Virus record (IMG/VR): IMGVR_UViG_3300006339_000005 | Location: 1-64,000 of that record | Strand: one strand, 5' to 3' | DNA: 64,000 nucleotides | Origin: a virus | In this document: positions 45,886 through 57,800 of the stretch, piece after piece | How the letters are laid out: the number at the start of each line of letters is the position of its first letter | Numbering within the stretch: position 1 is the stretch's first letter | Position numbers and translations under genes: made by a program | The notes under the pieces: generated by a model | Database searches by the model: none | What the model was told of the DNA's origin: nothing | The model's input: only the letters and a program-made list of their open reading frames with translations

Positions 45886-48800
45886 ATGGCAAAAACAAAA
45901 GTAGAACAGTATATATTTCAACCAGGTATTCCGGTTAATGAAAATCGCTATGGTATGGCGCATGATTTAATTAAGAATAACGTTGAATTTATCTGCGACG
46001 AAGTAACGGCTTGGATTGCTGAACAAGTTAAGATGGAGCCTGTCTATCCAGATGCTGTCACATCCATTACAGCAAATAAAGAATTTTTAAAAGATGAAGT
46101 AATGGCTTGGTTTGATATAGCCTATCCAGGAGCTCACGATCTAACTTATAGTGTAACAAATGCAATATACACACCAGCAACAGGAGTAATGGTATTAACT
46201 ATCGGCTCACACGGTTTCTTAGTTGGTAATACTATTAGAATTGCCACAGATAGCTTAACATTTACTTGTGCTTTAGATAGTCATGCAACAAATCATACAT
46301 ATCCAAGAGCAACCGGATCAGCCGCACCTGGTGGTTACGATTTTGTTTATAATAAACCAATTGCAGTTACAGAATTTTCTTCAACAACAATTACTGTAAA
46401 TATCGGTATATCAAGTGATGTATCAGCACACTCATACGTAACTTCTACTGCTGATTGTATAGCAAGTAACGAACGTCATGAAAAATGTGCTCGAGACACA
46501 GGATTTAATATTGATGCCATTACAACAGATTTATATAGTGGTGGTAACTTTGAAACTAGAAGAATAGCACAAAAATATTGGGAAGGTACTAATACAAACC
46601 TTGGTAGTGGCTCTGAACAAACGTATGCTACTTTAGTTAATGATAAATTAAAAGAAATAATTAACGGTTATATTTTATCAAATACAGCTTGGACAACTGC
46701 ACAAGACCCGGTAGTTACTACACAAAACGTTAGTAATCCAGTTGGTGAATCTAATTCGACTAATAGAGTAACAGAGTTACATAAGATTCTTAATGATGTT
46801 ACTGTAAACGGAATAGGGGCACTTCCAGAGGTAACACCTTCTTGGTCACATTATACTTACGATGGAGAATTATGCGAAAGAGATACACGTCTTAATTTAC
46901 AAGGTGATGATGGAACTGGCGGAATACTTTATGATTTAAGATATGGCGGTAACGAAAAAACACGTTATACTGCTAGTAAATATTGGATTAATGCAACACC
47001 ACAAGTTGATGGTGACAGAACCACTGAAAGATTTGCTAAAAATTATGTCCGTGATTTAATTAATAATTTTATTTTACCACAACCGACAACGGCACAAGTA
47101 TATCCTTATGCTATAGCATTACTTGAAGCAAATAAACAATATATAGCAGACGAGGCTACAGAATGGTTTGATGCAAACTATCCAGGAGTTCATACCGGTA
47201 CACGTCATGCAAAATGTATAAGAGATACAATATTTAATATTGAAGCACTTACATCAGATATCTATACTGGTAGTAATTTTCAAACTATTGAAATGGTTCA
47301 CAGATACTGGAGTGGAACTGCATCACAACTTCCAGGTGGTGAAACAGTTCTTACAACGGCAACCGCTCACGGTAGATCTGTAGATGATGTAGTTGAAATA
47401 CGAGGTCTAGTATTAGGTTGTCCTATGGGTTCTAAAACGTATCCAGTATCTGACTTTACGCAAGGACATTCAGCTAATCAATCATTTGCAGTCAGATCAC
47501 AAAACTTAACTGCTTCAACATTTGAAATTTTCCTTGGAACAAGTGCAATTGCTCAAACTTATGTTAAGGGCGGTACAGTTATTCCTCAAGCAGGATTACA
47601 ACAAGATAATAGACTAGATATTCGAAACTTCGATTATGATACAGGATCAGGGGTTGCTACAATTACAACTATGGGTGGTGCTACTATTACAGCGGAAGCA
47701 CATGGTAAAAGTAAAGGTGACTTAATTGCAGTAGATGGTGCTGTATTAAGTTGTGATATGGGTTCTAAAACATATCCAGTAAATAGTTTTTCAACAGCAC
47801 ATTCAACTGCTCAACAATTTACAGTTAGAGCAACTAATTTAACTGCAAACACGTTTGAAGTTTTCTTTGGAACAAGTGCAATTGCAACAACTTATGTTAG
47901 TGGTGGTACAATTGTTAAAGATAATAATGTTAGACAAGCAATTACAGATTTTGCTTATGACATAGGACCAAGTCATAGTGTAACGGCGGCAACATATACA
48001 CCTGCAACAGGAGAAATGCAGTTAACTATTGGAGCACACAATTTCGAAATTGGTCATTATGTTAAGATTGCTACAAATAGTTTAACTTTTACTTGTGCTT
48101 TAGATGGTCATGCAACAAATCATAGCTATCCAAGAGCAACTGGATCAGCGGCTCCAGGTGGCTACGATTATTTCTACAATAAACCAGTAGAAATTATAGG
48201 GGCAGGTGCAACAACAATTACAATGAACGTAGGTGTATCAAGTGATGTATCGGAACATACATTTGTAAGTGCTACTGCTGATTGTATATCACCAGTACCG
48301 GCGGCTAATAGTGTAACAAATGCAGTATACACACCAGCAACGGGAGTAATGGTATTAACTATTGGGGCACACGATTTACAACTTGGTAATCAAATTAGAA
48401 TTGCTACAGGGAGTCTAAAATTCACTTGTGAAATGGACAGTCATGCTACAACTACAGCATACCCAAGAGCATCAGGAAGTGCCGCACCAGGTGGATATGA
48501 TTATGCTTATAATACGGCAGTTACAATTACGGCAATAGATTCAACAACAATTACTTGTAATGTTGGTACATCAACTAATACATCAATACATACATTTGTA
48601 AGTGCTACTCCTAACTGTATAGCAAATGATATAGGATCAGCAGGTAAGTGTACTATTACTACTTCAGGCAGTCATAATTTATCAATAAATGATACTATAG
48701 ACATACGTGGTGTTATTATGGATTGTGAATTTGGAACTAAAGTATATCCAGCAATTCCTCATGCAGGAATTTTTCCGGTAACAAAAGTTACTGACACTAA

Positions 48801-51800
48801 TACATTAGATTTTTACTTACCACCTAGTGAAATTGATCATACTTATGTTAGTGGTGGAACAATAAAATCAGCAACGCTAACTAACGTTGGTAGTTCAACA
48901 ATCATTACAGCTTTTGCTTATAATAATGATCAAGCACTTATTACTATTACTTCAGGAAACCACGGACTTGTTGTAGGTGACCTTGTTAAATTAACTGGCA
49001 TTGTACTTTCTTGTTCAACTGGTACTAAAACATATCCAGATACAAGTGTATCTTCAGGTGTATATTATGTTTATGATGTACCTGATATTGATACGTTTAT
49101 TTTTGGTATGGATAGAAGTAATGTTGTACATACTTACGTTAGTGGTGGTACTTGTCAGAAAGTTACAACTGCTACAAATAGTACTGTTAATATAAGTAAT
49201 TTTGTATTTGACACACACGCAGGACATGGATTATCAGCAACTGATAATGTAATATTACGTGGTATTGTAACAGATTGTATTTACGGAACTAAAATATATC
49301 CAGCATTAGTACACGCAGGACTTTATCCTATAACCAAAACAGATACTGCTGATACATTTGAATTTTTCTTAAATCCTAGTAATATCGCTCACACTTACAC
49401 TAGTGGTGGTACAGTAAAAGACATAGATGTTACAAACGTTGGTGATGCAGTAGATATTACAAATTTTATTTACGACAATGACCTAGCAACATTTACTGTT
49501 ACTACTTCAGGAATTGATAATCCTTATAATGTGGCAGGAGCAACATACATACCTACAACAGGAGTAATGGAATTAACTATTGGAACACATGATTTAGAAG
49601 TTGGTAACAAAGTTAATATTGAAGCAACAAGTCTAACTTTTACTTGTGCCTTTGATAATAATGTTAGCCAACATAGCTATCCAAGAGCAACCGGATCAGC
49701 CGCACCTGGTGGTTACGATTATTTCTACAATAAACCAGTAGAAATTACGGCAATCAGTGCAGATACAATAACAATGAACATTGGTACCGGTAATATTAAA
49801 ACTTATACTCCAACAGCGGTAACATACATACCTACAACAGGAGTAATGGAATTAACTATTGGAACACATACTTTAGTAACTGGTAATTATGTTGACATTG
49901 ACGCAGGATGTTTAAATTTCACTTGTACTTTTGATAATAATGCTACTCAATCTAGCTATCCAAGAGCAACTGGGTCAGCGGCTCCAGGTGGTGCAGATTA
50001 TTTTTATGATACACCATGTAGAATTGACTCCACTTCAGCAACAACAATTACATTGAATGTTGGTGCTGGTAATGTTAAAACTTATAATGTATCAGCGGCA
50101 ACATATACACCAACAACAGGAGTGATGCAATTAACTATTGGATCACATAGTTTAGTAGCTGGTAATTATATTGATATTGCGGCAAATAGTATAGTGTTTA
50201 CTTGTGCCTTAGATGGTCACGCAACAACTACAGGATATCCAAGAGCAACAGGAAGTGCCGCACCAGGTGGTGCTGACTATGCCTACAATACACCAGTAGT
50301 AATTGCATCAGTAGGTGCAACAACTATTACAATAAATGTTGGTGTATCAAGTAATACATCAACACATACATACGTAAGTTCTACTGCTAACTGTATATCA
50401 AATTCAAATTCACATACATTTACAAGTGCTACTGCTAATTGTATAAAAAATGCAGAAGCACATACATTTGTAAGTGCTACTGCTGATTGTGTATCAAAAG
50501 CAGGACACGGACTAACTGTAGGTGATAAAGTTAAATTAGCTGGTATTGGTATGTCTTGTGAATTTGGTAGTAAAATATATCCTGAAAATAATGCAGGATA
50601 TTTTGTAGTTTATGATGTGCCTGATGTTAGTACATTTATTCTTGGTACAGATAAGAGTGCCGTTGTCCATACTTGGACAGGTGGTGGTACTTGGCAAAAA
50701 ATTACATATACTGTTCTTAATCAAACCGACGTAGCTGATTTTGCCTTTGGTCCAAGTGAAAGAACTTATGCAGTTGCAGTTAACCAGAAAACAGAATCAA
50801 TAATTAAAGATTACATTTTTACTAATACTACATATCCGTCAGTACAATCAGGTAGTACACAAACTATTACTGCCAACGCCGCAGAATCAGGAGCATCTGG
50901 TAGAATAACAACATTGATGGATGCTATTAATAATGTTACTGTAAATGGATTAGACTATCTACCAACGGCGGGATATGCCTCGGTAGGATATACACCTTTA
51001 CAAACAGCAACTTCACAATATTTTAATTCATCTAGTGTTTCAGAAAGTGCCGCTAGTGCAGTTATTACAGATAGATTTGGTATTATTACTGATGTAATCG
51101 AAAACGGACTTGATAATGTTCCTGCACTTGATAGAGCACAAGTTAGTTCTATTAGATTACAAACTCGTGTACCAACAAATGACTTATTACTCATTACAGA
51201 TACAACTGTTAATGAAGTATTGTTTAACTTTACTGACTCTGAAAAAGGTGCTAGTTGTCAATTTATAACAGACGATCAGGAAAAATTAACAAAAGGTGTT
51301 GATGATGATTTTCCAAAATTCTTAGAAAGAACTGGAACAATCACAACTATTTACTTAGATGTAAATACAGATTCACCTACATACAGTCCTAATGCTCGTG
51401 TTCAATTAGAAGCAAATAAAGAATTTTTACAAAAAGAAACTGTAGCTTGGATTGGTAATAAAATCTCAACTGCTATTACATATCCTTATGCTAAAACATT
51501 AATTGATGCAAATAAAGAATGGTTAGCAGATGAAGTAATGGCTTGGTTTGACTTAACATATCCAAATGCTCACAGTACTATACAACATGAAAAATGTGAA
51601 AGAGATACAAAATTTAATATTGATGCACTTGCTTATGATATCTATCATGGTAGTAATACTCAAACTAGAGAAACTGCAAAAAAATATTGGGAAGGTACTA
51701 ATTCATTATTAGCTAATTCCGGCGGAGCATTTACTGAAACTACTAATGCTGAAATTGGTTATGCACTTGCTGTTAATAATAAATTAAGAGATTTAATTAT

Positions 51801-54800
51801 TAATAATGTATTAACAAATACTGTATATGTAACACACCAATCACCTATTATAACAGTACAAATAACAAATAACAATGATGGTGAAACAAAAACTGTATCT
51901 AGAGTAACAGACTTAATGGGAATCATTACAAGCGTTATACAAAGTGGAATTTCAGCATTACCAAATTCTATTCCAGCATGGACTGATTATACATATAATG
52001 GTCCAAAATGTGAAAGAGATGTCGGTTTCCAACTTGATGCTCTTATTCATGATATTAAGTATGGCGGTAATGCTGAAACTTATAGGAATGCTAAAAAGTA
52101 TTGGATCCAATCAACACCACAAATTGATGGTGATCGTTCACATGAAACATTTGCTAAAGATCATGTAAGATTTTTAATTAATGATTATGTATTTAAAAAT
52201 GTAACTTATCCTACATTACAAGTAGGGGCACAAGCAGTTAGTCAAGTTACAGTTTATACAGCGGCTGAAGCCGGTGTTGATGATAGAGTTAGTGACCTCT
52301 TTGCAATTATTAATAATGTTATTACAAATGGCACTAGTTCGTTGCCTGTTAAAGACGAACCTAAGATATTTTCTGACACTGACGATATTCAAATCTTTAT
52401 TGACCAAGGTGATTTAAAAGTTAGACCATATGACTTTGGTACTGATGCTATTGAACGTATGCGTGTCGCAACTGCTCAGTCAATGCTTGACGCTGACTTT
52501 GAGTATGGCCTACAGCCTACGAAGTGGCAAGCGATTGCTACACAAAGAGGTTATCCATCAATTTACGAAGTACCAGGTACTGATAAACAGGTTTCAACTG
52601 TTCAAACAGACGCTTCAACAGGAACCGGTGGAATTGGTCAATCATTAATTACTGTTACTACAATTGGTGCTCATAGTATTGAACCAGGGTCACCTATTAC
52701 ACTTAAAGCATTAGAAAATTCTGTAGCAGGGGCGGCAAGAGCTGAAGGTTCGTTTATTGTTTCAACAGTACCTACTATTAATACATTTACATATTTTGCA
52801 AAATCAAAAGTTGGTACAGCTAACGGACAAATACTTTCAACATTTTATACGCAATTACGACAAGCAGGATTTTATACAGGTTCATCAATTGGTAATCCAA
52901 CGTTTTCTATCATATCACAAGGTTCCGCAGGAGTATTATATAATCCATTAGGTTCATTAAGTGGAGCTGATAAAATAACTTGGTTAGGCGAACAACCAGA
53001 AGTTGGTGCTCCGATGTTAATTGAAGATGGTATGGCGACAGCACTTTATACATATTCAGGGGCAGACGTTTTAAGAACAGCAGGAGTTTATACTAATATT
53101 CTTGGTACAACAAGTAGCGTAGTAGGAGACGTAATTGCTCCAACAGTTAATATTACAGTTGACGGCAGTGGCGCCGCACTTGCAACTATTGTAACTGGTG
53201 GACGACGTAATGCAGTTGACGATACTATTACAGTTTTAGATTCACTATTAGGTGGTGGCGGAGCCGCAGACTTAACATTTAACATTCAAGCAGTTGTAGA
53301 TGGTGCAACTCAAATACCATCAGGTGCCCAAGTTACATCCATACTAGGTAGTGGTGGAGCCATTCAAACTATTCAAACAACGGCAGATGTTCCTATCGGT
53401 TCTAATTCAATTCCAGTTGTTAACACAGCTGGTGTTTTAGCAGGACACGGAATAGATAGAGGTGATGGTACAGCAGTATTTGTAAGTAGCGTTATTGGAA
53501 ATAATATTAACATAGATGGAAACACTACAAACACACTTGTTGGTAACGTTGTAACATATACTGGCGTAGGAGGAGTAAATTACTCATCCTTAGGATATGG
53601 TTCAACATTTGATATTAGTAGAACCGGTGGCGTTTATACTGTCGTAATAAACGAAGACGGTGATCAATATGAAACTGGCGATGTTATTATAGCTTTAGGT
53701 AATTCCTTAGGTGGTACTACTCCTGAACATGATTGTAGAATTGAAATTACTGAAGCAGATACTAGTGGAGATATAGTTACAATTCTTTCATCAGGTGCGG
53801 CATTTGACGGTAGTGCTAATTACAATGCTATAGTAGGAACAAATTCCAATGGTGTTGGTACCGGATCATTATTTGATATTTCATATACTAATAATACTTA
53901 CAGCGTTAGTTTAGCACAACCATCATATATTAATTTAACAGGAACAAACTTAGGTGGTATTGGTCTTGGTGCTAGTGTTGATATTACAATGACAAACAAT
54001 GCTTATTCAGTTGCAATTAATAATGCAGAAGATAATAGTTTAGACTATGTTGTTAGCGATAGAATTAGAATTAACGGAACACAATTAGGTGGTACAACAC
54101 CAGTTAATGATGCTGAAGTTGTAGTTACATCAGTTGACGTAAGTACAGGCGAAATAACAGGAGTAAGCGTTACTGGTACAGCCGTAGATGCAGATGTAAC
54201 TTATATAAATGTAACATATACTACAGGATCAATTGGTGGTGTTACTGCAAACATTAATATTAGAAGAGTAGGTACTACTTATGAAGTTAATATTATTGGC
54301 GGTGGTTCAGGTTATACAGCTTCTGAAACATTAAACATTGTAGGTACAGAGTTGGGTGGAGCGGCACCGACTAACAATGCATCAGTAACAATTCAAACAG
54401 TTGACGGAAGTGGTTCAATTTTAACAGCCACTATTGGAGGAGTAGCCGTTAATGTACAAGAACATACAAATATTCAAAGCGGCCTTAACCAATTAGGAAC
54501 TGCCGCTCTATTAACTGTTACTGTAAATTATAATAATAGCTACAATGTTGTTATAGGAAATACTGGTGGTTTTAATTACGGTGTTGGTCAAAAAATACAA
54601 CTATTAGGAACAGTATTTGGTAATGGTGCAACTCCAGTTAATGATATTACTGTTACAATTAGTGCGGTAACCGTTACTGGAGAAATAACAAACCTTAGTC
54701 ATACTGGTACATCCGCAGATGCAACAAAAAATTATGTACTTGGTGATAGATTAGAAGTTATTGGATCATTTCTAGGCGGTCTTGATGAAACTAATGATGC

Positions 54801-57800
54801 CGGAATTAATATTACTGGTATAGGTGTAGGCGGAACAATTACTACACTTACTATTGATGGTGCGGCACCTGATGCTTCACAAACGTATGTTGATCCAGCG
54901 TATACTACAAATTCAAGTGCTGGAGCAGATGCTTCATTCACTATAACAAGACTAGACGTAGCTTATTCGGCTTTAATTGTTGTTCCAGGATCAGGTTATT
55001 TGGCCGCAGAATTCTTTGATATTGATGGTGCTTTATTAGGTGGTTCAACAGGAACAAACGATTGTCGAGTTACAGTTGCAACAGTTGGTGGATCAGGTGA
55101 AATTTTAACTGTTACAGTAAGTGGTACAGCATTAGACCAACAAACTTATTATGGAATCAGCCAAGTATTAGGCCAGGCTGTTATGAAAATTGGTGCAGGT
55201 GCTACTTGGAATGTAATATTAAGTGGTGGTGCTTTTACAGTAACTAATGCGAATCCAGGAACAGATTATAATGCATCACAAGAACTTAAAGTTCTTGGTA
55301 CACAAATGGGCGGAGTAAGTCCAACTAATGATTTAACAATTACAATTACTGGTGTTTCAGGTACAGGCGGAATTACTACTTTTAGTCATAGTGGTACAGC
55401 ACCTGGTGGAACTGCTAGTTATACTGATATTGGCGGAACAAACTTACCTAATTCAGGTACTTTAGCAACATTTGATGTTGTACGAAGCTCAGGAACATAT
55501 AATTCTATTCTTATAAATGACGACGGTGTTAACTATGTCGACGGTAATAAAATTAAAATTTTAGGAACATCTTTAGGCGGAGTTGATGTAACTAATGACC
55601 TTATTATTACTATTACTGGTGCAACAACAGATGGTAGTATAACTAGTATTACAGGAATAGGAACAGCTCTTACAGGAACAGTTGTTCAAACGTATTCATC
55701 ACTTACTATGTCTGAAGCAACAACTGTAGCTGTCGCGCCGAATAGTACAATTGCATTTGCGGCGTTGGCTACTGCTGAAATTACATTTGGTACTGCTCAC
55801 GGATTAGTTCCAGGTGATTCATTTATTATAACCATAGCTAGTGATAGTGGATCAAATAATCATACACTTTGTGAAGGACCTTTCTTTGCACAGCAAGTTC
55901 CAACAATTTATAAACTTAGATACCAATGTAGAGCACCAGGAACAATTGGTGATGTTGACGATATTGTTGGAAACATTTATCCAAGACCAGATTCGTTCTT
56001 TGTACATAGACCATATGATGGTGGTGTTATGTTAGGAACAGGTGGACCACAACACGGTGCACAGGCAATTAGACAAAGTAAAAAATATATTAGATACCAA
56101 TCAGGTAAAGGTATTATGTATACAACAGGTGCCTTATTTGCACCAAGTTACGATTTGCTTAATGTAGTAGCAAATGGACTTGAAATTGGATCATTTATTA
56201 CTGTTACTACAGATGATGTTGACCATGGACTACAAATTGGTGGACGTATTAGATTACTCGGAATTGAAACTCCAGGATTCAATGGTGACTATACCGTTGC
56301 ATCTATTACATCAGAACGTGTATTTAAAGTTGTTGCTGATTTTAAATTAGGTGCTTTAATACCAACATTAAGTGCAAGAGCTCAAGTTTCATTACTTACA
56401 TGGCACGGTGCAACTGTACGTTCAGGTGCATTTGATGATCAAAACGGTATCTTTATAGAATATGATGGTGCAAACTTTACTTGTGTACAACGTACTGGAA
56501 CACTACAATTAGCAGGTGTAGTAAGTATGGCTGTTGACAGTAACTTATGTACTGGAGTAGGAACAAGATTTAGAGATCAAATTAAAGCAGGTGATAGAAT
56601 TATTATTAAAGGAATGACTCACGTTATTTCTCAAATTACAGATGATACAAATATGTTTGTTACACCTGACTTTCGCGGTGTAACTCCAGCATCAGCTTGT
56701 AAGATATGTTTGGTTTATGATAAGAAAACTAAACAAGATGAATTTAATAGAGATAAACTTGACGGCAAAGGTAGTAGTGGATATATTGTTGATGTATCTA
56801 AGATGCAGATGATGGGAATCCAATACAGTTGGTACGGTGCAGGATTTATTGACTGGATGTTACGTGGTGATAATGGTGAGTTTGCATTCTTCCATAGAAT
56901 GAGAAACAGTAATATAAACACAGAAGCATTTATGCGTACTGGTAATATGCCAGTTAGGTATGAAATTACTAACGAAGGACCAAATGGTAAACTTGCAAAA
57001 GATATTGATGATAACCAAACATCTATTCCACTAACAGATGCAAAATATTTTCCAAGTAGTGGAACAGTATATATTGATGGTGAAATGATTGGATTTACAG
57101 GTGTTGTAGGTGATACACTTACAGGATGTACTAGAGCGGCACCAATGTCAAATTATGCATCAGGAGCCAACAGAACATATACAGCAGGTATTGCCGAGTC
57201 ACATACAGCAAAAACCGGTGTGCCACTAATTAGTAATACTATATCACCAATTATATCACACTGGGGATCAGCGTTCTTAACAGATGGCGGGTTTGATACT
57301 GATCGTGGTTACATCTTCTCATACGCATCAACTGGTAACGAAATTAGTACAACAAGAAATACAGTTTTCATGCTTAGACTAGCACCTAGTGTTTCTAACG
57401 CTATTGTTGGTGACTTAGGAGAACGTGAACTACTTAACAGAGCCCAGTTGCTACTTGAAGGTGTTGAAGTTACATCAGATACAAGTACAGGTGGTATTGT
57501 TGTTGAAGGTGTGTTGAATCCACAAAACTATCCACTTGATCCAGGTAACATTGGTTGGGGTGGATTATCAGGACTAGCGGCAGGTGGACAACCTAGCTTT
57601 GCACAGGTGGCACCAGGTGGATCTGTTACATGGAGTACAGGTGCTACACAGGTAGTTAGAAATGCAACTACAACATCACAATTATCAGCGTCAGCTGATT
57701 CATTGTATAATAGAACTTATCCTACAACATATCACTATTTCTCAACTACAGAATGGGATGGTTTAGATGATAATGTTGTTTCTGGTACAGAAATTATTGC

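Noticed and set aside
28572-50499. Diversity-generating retroelement (template/variable repeat pair)
   Set aside because: No reverse transcriptase in the window; the repeats are many, in-frame and internal, and I saw no adenine-specific mismatch pattern.
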